Assembly (NCBI GenBank): GCA_036867785.1
Contig: CP145428.1
Span: 310,001 to 374,000 of the forward strand
Direction of reading: 5' to 3'
DNA: 64,000 nt
DNA from: Plasmodiophora brassicae
Taxonomy: Eukaryota
A program made the translations under genes and the position numbers. How positions within the stretch are numbered: position 1 is the stretch's first letter; each line of letters starts with the position of its first letter. The notes under the pieces were generated by a model. That model saw nothing but the letters and a program-made list of their open reading frames with translations, was not told the origin of the DNA and ran no database searches. Positions 12,599-24,577 of the stretch are shown piece by piece.

Positions 12599-14998
12599 TC
12601 AATTGCCACCGGCAAGGCCAGAAGTTTGCAAGCTTGCATCTTGCATCAATCTATGCAGGAACGCGGAATGGTGGTCTGATTCGTCCTCGGATTCATGGTC
12701 CAAGGCGGCACGCATTCTCTGCAGAACAGTCCACCCAGTGCCATCGATGGCGTCGTGTATCGTGACAAGGGCAGTGACGGCGTCCAACGAGGTACGGTTC
12801 AGTAGGCATTGCAAAGTGTTGGTAAGGACCTGTTTGAATGCGTAGCCGTCCTGTCGATAACACGAGCTGGTTTGGCTATGCGCCCAACTCTGGGCAGCGA
12901 CGTGAAAGAACGTTCTTCCAAAAGCATCCTTCGCAGAAAGCACATTGAGTTCCCTCATCTGGATCGCCGCTTCAGTAATGGTGGCAACGTGCTCGTGTAG
13001 GGATGGAATCGCGGTCGCAACGTGAAGTGGAGTGAACCGTGCGGCCGGTAAAAGCTGAGCTGTCAAAAGTATCCCAGCGTTAGCAGTAAGGGCTGTCATA
13101 ATGAAACGATACGTTGCAGGGCAGGCGGTTGTTAGCCAGTGCACTAGCAGTGGTACTACTATTCCAGGACGATGTCGAATAGCTTCAGTGCAGCGGCTCT
13201 GTGCGATATCGTCAATCAATTTCTTCGTTTTCGTAGAGAGCGCGTACAGCGTGCGCACAATGCGGCGTGATAGGTGCAGAAAGGTTAGCGTGCGAAGTGA
13301 GCAATGCTTAAAAACGACAGAAACTGCTGTTTCGGAGACAAGACCCGTCGCGTTTCTAAACCAAGAAAGCAGATTCATAATATCGCCATCGTAGCCCATA
13401 CACCCATGCTTGTCGACGAGCCAAAAGTCGAGACAATTGCCAAATGCCCGCGATGACGTCTGCGAAACTAGAGTGTCCCGAACCCATTGCGGATCAGCCC
13501 GGTCCCCGATCCAATTAAGCACGTCAACTGTCAGGCAATGCTGGTGGAGGAGTGTGCGTCCGGAGATGGGATCAGTGTCCTGCAACGCTTGGCGAAGGTC
13601 ATCGTTAGAGGCGTTAGCGACCAGAGCATTCAAGTCGTCGAGCGGGTTCTCGTTAATGCACATATCATACTCTCGAAGAATGCTGGCTCCCTTTCCACTG
13701 ATTAGGGCCTCTCCTGGGTCCATAAACTTGAGCAAGTTCCTGAGATGGCTGACGGGGATTTGCAGTCGAAGAAGGCGGACGGCAACGTCGTGCGCCCAAG
13801 TTGATACGATGAATGGCGTTGCGTACGCCTTCTTTAGCTGAGGAGTGAGAACACAGTTGAGGATCTTGGTGGGCATGGTCATCATGTGGAAATACTTCCC
13901 CCAGAGGTTTACGAACGTTTCTGTGGGGTCCGAGGCCAACTTCAGGATATCAATCAGGTCTCGAACCTGCTGCTCGCGAGCTCTATCGTTAAGCTTGGTT
14001 TCCCGTGCGAGCTTGTCGGTTCGCTCGGCCATGATGCGTTCAAAATCGATTCCAAACAGATCGATTCTACGCAACAGCAAGATCGTCTTCAACCTATGGG
14101 GATGCGTCTCTAAAATCTTCATGTGTACATCGAACCATGGTAATCCGGTCTCCGGGTCCTTGCCATTGATATCAAATCCACGTTCAACTGCTCCTTCATC
14201 AAGCGTTAATTGGTACGCCAATTGTCGACCCCCAAAGGCGATCGCGAGTTTGGGATTCACAGCATTGCGTACGACTGATACAATATCGACTTCCCTAAAC
14301 TTATAGTTTCGAAGCACTGTGATCAACTGCCCGAATTCGATAATGGTTTGCCGAGGCAGTTGGGGTTGAATGACGTCGACAGGGCCAGCGGGAGGGACTA
14401 AGTGAGACGAGAACCGCGCACCACGCCCCAGCAATGGTTGCAAGGCTGCCAGGGCTAGACGGCAGCGTCGATCATCACGTTGTTTCAAACCGAGTGCAAA
14501 GTTTCGAATCAGCGTTCCAATTGCGAATCCTGCAGGCAGATTCCATTGGAATAGAACACGCTCCCAGCGCGATACGAATTCGTCATCAGGTAAATCGATG
14601 TCACTCGCAAGACAGTCCAGGAACATGATTCGATTCCGCGCCGGTACCTTACGTGTGAGAGACATGATGGAACCCGCCCATTGGTCGTTCAGCTCGCGAT
14701 ACACTTCATGCTCGGTGAGGAAGAACTGCCGAACCACGTTGCGTGTTACACCCGGCTTGAACATGGCATACCACAGGCGTCGGTCGTGAAGAACGTCCCG
14801 CGCCATATCAGCCATGCTCCAGTACGATTTTGTGGCGAGGCCCAAGTTCATCAGCTCGACATCGTTCAGGTTTGGGGCGATCGTCAGGAATATATCAGCC
14901 GGCAAATCCCGAACTGGACCAGCACACAAGGCCATCGAGGCGAAATTAAGCACAGCGATCATCAATATCCGCAGGCCAGAGACTTTCATCGTTGTCAT
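12599..14998 (-). CDS. Secreted single-exon 799-aa effector candidate: signal peptide, F-box-like motif, C-terminal ankyrin-like repeats
   Basis: SP MTTMKVSGLRILMIAVLNFASMALCA; F-box-like RDLPADIFLTIAPNLNDVELMNLGLATKSYWSMA; ankyrin-like D..GRTLLH, TPLHVA, DAFGRTFFHVAA, DGTGWTVL; intronless and visibly less GC-rich than flanking genes. Confidence 0.8.
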   Translation of the reverse strand: MTTMKVSGLRILMIAVLNFASMALCAGPVRDLPADIFLTIAPNLNDVELMNLGLATKSYWSMADMARDVLHDRRLWYAMFKPGVTRNVVRQFFLTEHEVYRELNDQWAGSIMSLTRKVPARNRIMFLDCLASDIDLPDDEFVSRWERVLFQWNLPAGFAIGTLIRNFALGLKQRDDRRCRLALAALQPLLGRGARFSSHLVPPAGPVDVIQPQLPRQTIIEFGQLITVLRNYKFREVDIVSVVRNAVNPKLAIAFGGRQLAYQLTLDEGAVERGFDINGKDPETGLPWFDVHMKILETHPHRLKTILLLRRIDLFGIDFERIMAERTDKLARETKLNDRAREQQVRDLIDILKLASDPTETFVNLWGKYFHMMTMPTKILNCVLTPQLKKAYATPFIVSTWAHDVAVRLLRLQIPVSHLRNLLKFMDPGEALISGKGASILREYDMCINENPLDDLNALVANASNDDLRQALQDTDPISGRTLLHQHCLTVDVLNWIGDRADPQWVRDTLVSQTSSRAFGNCLDFWLVDKHGCMGYDGDIMNLLSWFRNATGLVSETAVSVVFKHCSLRTLTFLHLSRRIVRTLYALSTKTKKLIDDIAQSRCTEAIRHRPGIVVPLLVHWLTTACPATYRFIMTALTANAGILLTAQLLPAARFTPLHVATAIPSLHEHVATITEAAIQMRELNVLSAKDAFGRTFFHVAAQSWAHSQTSSCYRQDGYAFKQVLTNTLQCLLNRTSLDAVTALVTIHDAIDGTGWTVLQRMRAALDHESEDESDHHSAFLHRLMQDASLQTSGLAGGN

Positions 14999-16103
14999 CT
15001 TCCCGCACAGGCAGTGCTCGAGTCTGGCTCACGATCTCGACGACGGACAGCTCCGCAGACAGGACAGAATGTAGTGCGTGAGGCCGTGGCGGCAGCCACG
15101 CGGTGCGTGGACCGACTCGCCCGCGCGCGTGGTGACGTACGTTAGCCTATTTATAGCTACCAAGGAGATGCTGATGCACTTCGCACAATTGATACCACCG
15201 TACATGGCCCATGGCCCATGGGCGAATGCCATGCCGCCAGATGAGCTCAGGCTTCCGTTCGCCGTGCGCTTTGGGCAACGGGAATGAAAACAGATAGGTT
15301 GCATGATCTGCAACCACTGGACGCCACGTACAAGCCTCACCGTCCCGAGACCGTTGTCTTTCTACTGTCCTCAGACCCGAGGATCAAGATATAACGTCGC
15401 TCTCAGCGTGTTGAGCGTTTCCCGTATGCAGACAGACGGCTCAGGTGTCTTGGGCTGGCGTGCTGCCCTCGTCGTCTGCGGGTGCATGAACTTCCTTCTA
15501 TGCAGTCGACGTCCGCTTTAGCCATGGAGTACCTGTAGGCACCGGATTTCCAGCTTGCTAATGATCGGAGGTCCGTATTCTCGTCCAAAGACGCGGGCTT
15601 CAACCATTCCTACTGCACATAATTCCATGTGGCGTTCACAAATGTACACGCAGGGTTCCTGCAGCGGAAGTGTATCCTGTGGATGCCGAAATGTGACGCA
15701 CACTGCCCCCTGCAAAAGCTGAACCATCTGTTGCAGCAAACGATTGATCATGAAGGTGCCTGTTTGACAGATGTTAGAAGACGGACCGACGCGACATGAA
15801 GCCAGACGACAATTGTCTCCAGAACACGGAGTAGCCGACTGAGGTCGGTATCCGCGCGGACGGTTTACTGTTGTCATCCTGCCAAACCACTGCCGGTAAC
15901 GTCATCGTTCCCCGTACGCACGCCGCTCGTACGTGTTCCGGTCGTAGCAACAGATCTGTGCGCCGCGAGCCCGCGACGGCGCGACCCACCGGATCGGGGA
16001 CACTGCGCAAGTTCTTAAAATAGGCGATGCCGCGCGCAGGGGCAGTTTAGCCGCGACGTTCATTTCCAATCGATCGTTGGTTGGCGTCGGACACACCGCA
16101 GTC

Positions 16104-17045
16104 ATGACGGCTGACACGGCTGCTTTGTCATTGTTGTTGGTGGCCGGCGTGATATTCGGCCAAGCCTATGCGACGATCGAATGCGAACGTCCGCCAACGC
16201 CGATACGCAGACCGTTAAAGTCGGCGCTCAAATCACCACCTTCCAGCGCTGGTCGTTCTGCGCGCCCGTATGAACAGTCGCCGCGGTTCCGTGTCGTGCA
16301 CGAGGACGACGGTAGCGTTGCGCTGACTGATGGGCTCATTTTCGCGTACCCATCCGACATCTCGTGTATCGACTGCACTGACAAGATGGTCGTCAGGCGC
16401 GTTGCTTCCGTCGACGCACCGGAGCTCGTGGTCCTCGGCAATGGGTATCCGCCGCGGTCGCTGACGCGGGATCATCTCCCCTGGCAGCGGTTCACCGATT
16501 GTACGCCCTCGGAAATGCATTCCGCGCTCGAGAAACACGCGTCTGAAGTGATGCGGGCGGCGAGGCTCAAGGTGCTTGCCTCTGATGCTGTGCGGACGTT
16601 CTGGGGCCTGATCAGAGAGGAGAAGGCGCTCCTGCTCGACATTAACAGCGCCCGCGAGCAGTGGTTACAGAGGCCAGACGACGATGACTGCTGGCTTGCG
16701 TATTCCACGGCGACGTTCAAGTTCACCGATCTCCGGAACAGGCTGTACCCCGTCTACGAAACATCCCGGATCAGCGACCTGCCACTCCCAGTCACCCCGA
16801 GGTTCCGCCTACAGTGCAAATCCGCGTTCGTCCGCATCAAAACGAAGCACGAGAACATCGAAGCCTTCTGGGACGAGGAGCGCAGAACGCGCGAAAGCGC
16901 GCTTGCGCCTCCATCGCATGTAGATCGTCACCCAGTCGTCAAGTTCAGCGACGACGTATCCGTCCACGAGTTCGACGCCGACGAACCTGTCGAAGAACCA
17001 CCAGCCAGCGAGTCTAACGGATTGCTGCCAGAGATGTTGCGCTGA
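16104..17045 (+). CDS. Secreted single-exon protein, effector candidate
   Basis: SP MTADTAALSLLLVAGVIFGQAYA; ~313-aa ORF; LKSALK and VVKFSDDVSVHEF motifs. Confidence 0.75.
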   Translation: MTADTAALSLLLVAGVIFGQAYATIECERPPTPIRRPLKSALKSPPSSAGRSARPYEQSPRFRVVHEDDGSVALTDGLIFAYPSDISCIDCTDKMVVRRVASVDAPELVVLGNGYPPRSLTRDHLPWQRFTDCTPSEMHSALEKHASEVMRAARLKVLASDAVRTFWGLIREEKALLLDINSAREQWLQRPDDDDCWLAYSTATFKFTDLRNRLYPVYETSRISDLPLPVTPRFRLQCKSAFVRIKTKHENIEAFWDEERRTRESALAPPSHVDRHPVVKFSDDVSVHEFDADEPVEEPPASESNGLLPEMLR

Positions 17046-17146
17046 CCAATACACGAACGGGGGTTGGTTGCCATTGTTGCGGGGCGTCGCTCATGGTGAG
17101 GTTGTTCGGTAAAACGGCACCAATATATAATACACCGTCCGGCAGG

Positions 17147-18148
17147 TCAGACGATTTCATCTGCCAGGTTCTTCTCGTGCAGGTCGAGAAGCATGACGGA
17201 TCCGCGTCCTTTACTGGCGTCCTTGACAACGGATTCGACCTGAGCGAATTGCCCGGGGTCGCAGACAATAACGGCCTGCCACTCGCCGGACGTGTATTCG
17301 TCTTCCTCCTGCGTCACCGACGGCAACTGAGGAGCACAGGTCGTGTTAGCGCATACAACCACGTTGCAAAGGCACGTACCTCGAGAATTCGATCCCTCAG
17401 GCCTTGTTTCGCGACCTGGGCAGGTGCCCGTAACATCAGGCGCATCTTTGCTCGCGCTAGAGGCAGAAGCCCTGCCTCTGTGATGGCCGCCATCACCTAG
17501 TAACCATTCATCAGTGGCGTTCGTCCGCATTGCCGGCCCCTGACGGCCAGCCCCACCTGGAGAGCTTGCTGCTTTGCGGAGCGGTTCGGGACAACCGAGA
17601 AATGCAATTCTCGCATAGCCGTCTCAATCATGGAGAGCGAGAACGGGCGCCGCGTGTCACGATTGACACACTTCTCTTGGACAATGTTTGCGATATCCTT
17701 GAACCGCGACTCAAGGTCCACCTTGCGCTCCTTGTCTGACACCTGAACCTCGCCCTTCTCCAGGATGATCTTAATCACCTCGTCGATATCCTCCGTCCCG
17801 AACGCATGCGCCAAATCACCCGACTTGGCCAGGACGCCCTTCGATACGTTCGAGAACACGCGATGGACTTGCAGGACTTCGTCAAGATTGGATTCCCTGC
17901 GTTTCACCCCATTACCCGGTGCAGAACGCGTCGATCCAGCCAGCCTTACACGCCATTTCTCCACGACATCACCTTGTTCTTGTAGCACGCCAGCTCAAAC
18001 CTACGAGGACGGGTTGTTTTTCAGTACCATTCATCGGTGTAAATGTTACCAAGGCGTGGGCAACAACGTACCGCTTACCCTTGGCCTTCAGCCTGACGAC
18101 GGCGACATTGGTCAGCCTGACCTGCGTCAGGGGCTGCTTAATGCTCAT
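17147..18148 (-). CDS. SBDS: Ribosome maturation protein SBDS/Sdo1 (multi-exon)
   Basis: [69 protein letters not shown]. Confidence 0.95.
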
Positions 18149-18383
18149 GGCGACGCACGGCGAATGTGGCGTGCCGCGGACTCCGCCACGGACTCCGCGG
18201 GGGACACCACACATCAACTCTCATCGGCGGCCCGCCCCCATCGCGATGTTGTTGGCTCCCTGAGACTGCCTGCCCTGCCCATGCCAGATTCGACTTAACC
18301 GAAGGGTGGACATCTGGGAAGTACGCCGGATCGATCGCGCGCATTGTCGAGTGGCGGCTGGACGTCGTCGTCGCCGTCCGATC

Positions 18384-19018
18384 ATGTTCCGTAACACGTT
18401 CCAGTCGGGGTTCCTGTCGATCCTGTACAGCATTGGGTACGGCGAACGCCAGGAGCGGCGCCTCGTTGGTATGCCTGCCTGACCGCGTCGCATAGATCGA
18501 AACCGTTGCAGATCTGGGACAAGGAGGTTCGCAATGGGCACATCAAGCGGATTACGGACCAGGATATCCAGTCGTCCGTGCTGGAGATCATGGGGACGAA
18601 CGTGTCGACGAACTTCATTACGTGCCCGGCGAACCCGAAGAACACGCTGGGCATCAAGCTCCCGTTCCTCGTCATGATCATCAAGAACCTGAAGAAGTAC
18701 TTCACGTTCGAGGTGCAGGTCCTCGACGACAAGAACGTGCGGCGCCGGTTCCGCGCGTCCAACTACCAGTCGACGACGCGCGTCAAACCGTTCATCTGCA
18801 CGATGCCGATGCGGCTGGACGAGGGCTGGAACCAGATCCAGTTCAACCTGTCCGATTTCACGCGCCGCGCGTACGGCACGAATTACATCGAGACGCTGCG
18901 CGTCCAGATCCACGCCAACTGCCGCATCCGCCGCATCTACTTCAGCGACCGGCTCTACTCGGAGGAGGAACTCCCGCCCGAGTTCAAGCTGTTCCTGCCC
19001 ATCCAGAAGCAGAGCTAG
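18384..19018 (+). CDS. CFAP20: Cilia- and flagella-associated protein 20 (BUG22); one intron at ~18438-18495
   Basis: [39 protein letters not shown]...[28 protein letters not shown]...[11 protein letters not shown]. Confidence 0.97.
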
Positions 19019-19169
19019 ATCCGACGCGTCGTCTCTCATCCGCCATAACGCCCCCCACATGCCACCTGCAGGAATAAACCGTTGCATCCCCATCGTGGCC
19101 ATCCAGCAGCCGTAAGCAATCCTGGCAGTCGTGCAGAAACGTTCGGAGGGATGTGATGTTACGGGCGAT

Positions 19170-20093
19170 TTAGGGAACGATCGACGACGACCCGCCGCAG
19201 GACAGTAGGCGCTTCAACGAGCGCAACACGCCGCCGCCTCGACGTTTCCGCTTCGGCGTAGGGTCCCCGGTTATCGTCGGTGACTTGCCCGGCATCTCGA
19301 CCGGCGTCTCGTCCTCAGCGCCGCTGTCCGGTGTCGGGGTCGTCTCCGGCGCGACGATTCGCGGCGTCTCCCCCACCCCAAGGGCGTGTTCGACCAGGTC
19401 GCAGAGCAGACGTTCGACAACGTCAGCGTCGTGGCGATCGGCCGCCACGCTGCGAAGGACCTTCCGCAGGGCGAACGCGTCATCCATCTCCTGGACGGCG
19501 ACGTCGAGGGCGTAGTCGACCACAGACGTCGCCGGCGTGTCGAGCAGACGCTCTGAGCGTCGGTCGGCGTGCGCTCTCCACGCCGATTGGACCTGGCGCG
19601 CGGCGCCGTCGTCCTCGACGTCGCCGACGAGGTCGGAGACCAGCTCCGCGATCGTACGACGCGTCCAGGCCAGATCGTGGCGAACAATCGCGCCCCGCCA
19701 CGAACGCTGGATCGTCAGCGCCGCCGCGTCCCGCTCCGAATTGTGCACCGCCTGTGCGACCGCTGGCAGGACGAACGCGTCGCGTAGCGCGGCATGGAGG
19801 CGGCGCTGGCGGATTCGTCGCCAGGTGTCCTGGACGATCCGGGCGGCGAGCAGGCGGATGCGACTGTTGGAGATGGCCCGGACGGGCACCCTGGCCGAGG
19901 CTTGCGCTTCCTGGTAACGTCGCCAGGCGCGCTGGACGCGGATGGCGGCCAGGTCGTCGCTCAGCTCGGGGAGGACAGCGGTCGCCAGGGGGACCGGTTG
20001 CGGAGCGATTACGTCCACCACCACCTTCCTGTTCGCGTTCGCCTTCTTCGGCGGCGCCGTCAGAAGGGAACGACCGACAATAGCGAGCGACAT
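19170..20093 (-). CDS. IQ-motif (calmodulin-binding) protein
   Basis: Four IQ-like motifs: AAIRVQRAWRRY, AARIVQDTWRR, AALTIQRSWRG, AARQVQSAWRA. Confidence 0.7.
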   Translation of the reverse strand: MSLAIVGRSLLTAPPKKANANRKVVVDVIAPQPVPLATAVLPELSDDLAAIRVQRAWRRYQEAQASARVPVRAISNSRIRLLAARIVQDTWRRIRQRRLHAALRDAFVLPAVAQAVHNSERDAAALTIQRSWRGAIVRHDLAWTRRTIAELVSDLVGDVEDDGAARQVQSAWRAHADRRSERLLDTPATSVVDYALDVAVQEMDDAFALRKVLRSVAADRHDADVVERLLCDLVEHALGVGETPRIVAPETTPTPDSGAEDETPVEMPGKSPTITGDPTPKRKRRGGGVLRSLKRLLSCGGSSSIVP

Positions 20094-21299
20094 TGGGCGA
20101 CCGGCGACCGTTATGATGAACGGGTTAAAATATTACAGAAACGTTTAATGAGCCATGTCGTTGGATGCGTCGGTCAACCACGTCCAGGTGACTCATCAGC
20201 CCGATTGGGCATTGACTCGTTCGCCCCGACGATTGACTCATGGTGTCGCATAGGCCGTCTGCCGATGGTCAGATCGTCGGACACCAACAGCTGACGCTCA
20301 AATCGGAATGGGGACCCTCTGGTGCCTCAGATGGTAAATGCTGAGGTACGCGTGACCGGTGGCGCCGAGTCGGTCGACCGCACTGTCGTAATCAACCATT
20401 TGACCTCCGATCGGACTGTCCGCGGGTCGTATCGATCGGCGCCCGATGTGGTATGCGAACATTGCATCGGCTGCGGTGGCGTTCACGATTGGGTGGACGA
20501 CCCGAGACGTGCTGTCGCTTGGTCCGTGCATCGGACGTCTCTGCCGCCGTTGTACCCTGCTGAAGGAACCGTGATCCCAAACAGTGTGGCGGGTCTGCAG
20601 TGCTGCTGATCGCCCTCTTTCTGCCCTGCTTCCAGGCGCACCCGGTGACCCACCCGTCCCACCCGTCGGTGTCCCTGCCCAACCTGTGTCCGCTCCTGCC
20701 CAACCCGTTGTAATCTGGGCCCCACCGGCAGCGTGACCCGTACCAGATCGACGTCTCCTGGATCCAACAATTCGGCAACAATAGGCACTTTCGGCTCATC
20801 CCTCATTTCGCGACCACATTTGGACCGCTGGTAGAGGGGTCGAAACGATGGTTCTGCTGCTAGGCAGGTTCAACTCGTTCGTGATGTTAGCCGATTATAT
20901 ATGAGCGCTGCTGTGCCCGTGCCAGCAGAGCATGGTCTATAAAAGCGTGCAGGACCCGGCCCGGAGAGATGCCTGTCGAACTCTGCCACGTCCGTTCCCG
21001 TGAGAGAGATTATCTGGGTCGGACAGTTGCTCGAAACCCATCGGCCAAAGGCAACCACTGCCGACCATCCCCCACGAAGGGATCCCGGACAGCATCCCGA
21101 GCAAGAAGGGTGACGGTGCGGGGCCCGCTTGGGCGCGAATGTTGAGCACAGCGACGATGTGGCGGGCGGGTACGTTGTGCATCATTCGCGATGTTGCATT
21201 GTACCTTCCTCAAGACTGTTTAGTTGGGTCGTTATGGTCGCGAATAGGGCAGCGTGTATGACATCGTGGTTCATCGACGCAGCCGTCCTGGCGAGATGC

Positions 21300-21850
21300 C
21301 TATTGTTTGGACGAAGGGGTACCTGGGCTGGTCTGACCCGCGGGAAGCTTGTGGGGCAACGCTGTAGATCCCAGCGGTTCGTCTGGTGAACAAGTGACGA
21401 CGCTCTTGTTGATCCCTATCATGGACGGCACCCATGTGTCCTGGACGGACGTCCCCAAACGCTGGGCGCTGAGCGCAATCAGGTAATGCCAAGGGGATCG
21501 GTCCTGCGTCGACAGGAAAACAAGCTGCCCGATCAGGAGGATCCAACCACAGACGGTGCCGACAATGAACCGCCTCATGAATCTCAATCGCCGAGCGGTT
21601 TCCACTGGCGACCATTTCAGGTGGGGCGCCGTTCGATCTCAGGGTCAGGACGATCGACGCCGCGAACAGCGCGCGCGCGTGTTCATCAGGGACATGATGA
21701 GCGCGGAAATGACGAGCGTCACACTGACAGGGGCAACCCAGAATGGACCTCGCCCATGGCTGCAATCACCAGCACCGGCAACGTAATAAACGTCATCGCC
21801 GACCACGTTGACGGCGCGCTTCCCGCCGGGATACCTTCTGTTCTGCGTTT
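21300..21850 (-). pseudogene. Frameshifted multipass membrane protein remnant (GPCR-like tail possible)
   Basis: Hydrophobic segments in three frames (MTFITLPVLVIAAM; VTLVISALIMSLMN; LFAASIVLTL; FIVGTVCGWILLIGQLVFL); one shift lies at a (CG)n run near 21670. Confidence 0.35.
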
Positions 21851-22055
21851 GCCGACGAGATCAGCGACAATCATAATCGGTGGACGCCGTTGGCGGTCGT
21901 TCGACAAGAGATACCTGCAATGTGAAACCAATGGCTTGACGTTCCACTGCTCCGGCTAGGAGTAGGAGAACGTCGCCGATCCAGTGGCAGAAACGGCGGA
22001 TTCGGACCGGGCCGCGGCGTTCAGTGTTCGACTTCGATCACGACGACGCCGTTGA

Positions 22056-24328
22056 ATGGCCGCCAGAGGGGGACGTCGCGGCGGGCGCGCCGCCGCCGCG
22101 TCGTCATCGTCGGCGTGCTGCGCCTGCCCGTTCAACGAGTTCATCGCCGAGGGGTTGGCCGCCCGGGCGGACGCGCTGGCCGCCAAGGCCGACGCCAACC
22201 CGAACATCGTCATGATGTACCGCAAGGTGACGCGCACAGGCACACACACGTTGTCGTCCCCCGCTGTCGTTCACCGGGTGACAGGCGATCACGTCCGTCA
22301 GGAAGTCGCCGATCCCGTTGCGGACCGTCGACGACGTCAAGAAGCTGAAGTTCGTCGGCGTGCACATCTGCAACGAGGTTCGACCCGGGAGGGCCCCCGC
22401 TCGCCCGTTCCCCGCCCGTGACGTCGTCCAGATTGAGCAGATATTCGCCGGTGAAGGCGTGGGCCTTGGGCGATCCCGCGCCGCCGCCATGGAGAGGGCG
22501 CAGAACCGGAGCGCGGCCGTCCCGCCCGATGACGCCGGCCGACGCAACACGACGACGACGTCGCCCAGCGCTGATGCGGAGGTCGTCGACGACCCGGGGC
22601 CCAGGAAGCGCCGACGGCAGCCGACGACGCGCGAGTACATTCCGCGTTTCATGGTGGGGATCCGCCCTGTGGAGCGCGCGCCAATTGCTGACGTCGTCGT
22701 CCCCCGTTGTTCCAGTCCGGTGCGTTCGCCATCCTGGTCGCCATGGCGAAGGACGACCGCGCGTACGGCAGAGCCGAGTTGCAGGAGCTGGCCCAGCCGT
22801 ACGCCGAGGACAGCTTCACGGCCGTCGAAGTGCATTCCGGCACCGGCTTCTACAACGCCTGGTCGTCCATGGTATGGCATTGGCGGGGGGCGAGCGGTCG
22901 CGCGTTCCCGCTGCTGACCAGGTCCCAGGCGACGCTGATCAAGAAGGAGCTGGTGGTCAAGACGGGGAACCCGGCCCGGTACGAGCTGACGGAAACGGGG
23001 AGGGTGCTCGGCGGGCGACTGGCGGACACGTGGGACGCCCGCGAGCAGAGCAACGCGTGCGCGTCTCTGGTCGCCGGGCCGCCGATGCGGGACGTGCCGG
23101 CGCCCGACAACGACGTCCTGCCGTGTCGTCGCGCGCGCTCCGACTATGAGGTGGGCGGTGCCGCGTCTCCCCCTTATCGTTGCCTGACTGACGGTGCCCC
23201 GTTGCAGGTCGTTCTCGTGATTGATCCCGCGGAACGGGTCGGCCTGCGGTTCCCATTGCGGCGCTGACGTCCCTTGGACTAACGCTTGTCGCCACACAGC
23301 TACGTGACGCGCGGGCCCGGCTGACGGCGGAGATGAATTCCCAGTCGTTGCGGTTCGAGCGCTGTAAGCTGGCCGTTGGCGATTACTGCTGGGTGGCCCG
23401 CCGTCAAGGACAGGTTGGCCTCCCCGTGCCACATGGTGTCCAGCAGAGTCGTGATCTCGTGCTGGCACATGTAGGTCGGGTGCCACAGCGCAGCGATACT
23501 GTCGCCCATTGTCGAGCGCAAGCGAGACGGGGACTTTGCCAGCAGTATCAAGGACAATCGTTACGAAGAGCAAAAGTACCGCCTGAAGAAGTGGGCTGGG
23601 TTCCGATCCGACGATCGTTGAGGTGGCTGACAGCGCGCGCGCGCATCCAGATCCGGCCTCCAGGTCGTTTACCTGATCGAAGGCGATATGAACTGCGACC
23701 GGACGCTCGACCCGAAGTCCATGCCCAGTGCGATCGCCAGGATGATTGTATGGTGCATCATTGTCGTCCCCGTTCGGCTGCGCGTGTTGCTGATGATGGC
23801 ATGTACAAGGCCCACGATGGCTTCTTCGTCTATCACACGCACGACCTGGACAATACGATCAGGTTCCTGTGTTCCGTGCACAGGCGCCTGCAGCACAAGG
23901 TCGACGAGAACGGCCTGCCTGCGAACCCCGAAGCGCTAGATGATTTCAATCAACGTCTGAGCAAGTCCATCATTGAGAGCAAGGAGCATCAGTTCGGTTA
24001 GTCGTCCCTCGTTCTGTGCAACGTGAACCGCTAAGAACAGTGGATAGGCATTCTGCTGACCGCTCTTCACGGCGTCACCGAAAGCAAGTGCCTGGCGATC
24101 TTGAAGCGCTATCCCAGCCTAGGAGCGCTTCTGGCGGCGTATGACACGTGCGGCAGCGAGCTGGACGAGAGGAACATGCTGGCGGCGCTCGAGTATCGGT
24201 CGAAGGGGGCCTGCACCAGGCGAATCGGCACAGCCGTCTCCACGCGCATACGCGAGTTCTTCAGGAACGCGGCGTACACGAGCACGAAGGAAAAGTCGTC
24301 GCAGGACAATGACGACGATGTCGAATAG
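22056..24328 (+). CDS. MUS81: Crossover junction endonuclease MUS81 (multi-exon)
   Basis: N-terminal HhH (LKFVGVHIC); winged helix (YIPR..SGAFAIL; AWSSMATLIKKELV; RYELTETG); ERCC4 nuclease (LAVGDY; IVERKR..DFASSIKDNRYEEQKYRL; VVYLIEG); C-terminal HhH (RRIGTAVS). Confidence 0.93.
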
Positions 24329-24577
24329 GACCTGTAGCCCGACCGATGAAGATCGCGCTGGAATGAATTAATTCTAACCGGCGTGCGCGTATCTCACAGA
24401 ACCGGCAAGAACGCTCCAAGTTGTGCTGTCGGTCGCCTGACCCGATCTGCACAGGAACCGTTGGCAACGTCGTGCCATTATCGATCGTTCAGTCAGTACA
24501 GCCTAAATGATGAGCAGGCAACGTGCGAGCAACGACGTCCAGTTACATTTATGGCTAAAGGTGCCGGTCCGTTATCG

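Noticed and set aside
15100-15900. Possible gene remnant between the two effector candidates
   Set aside because: No coherent frame or recognisable motif.
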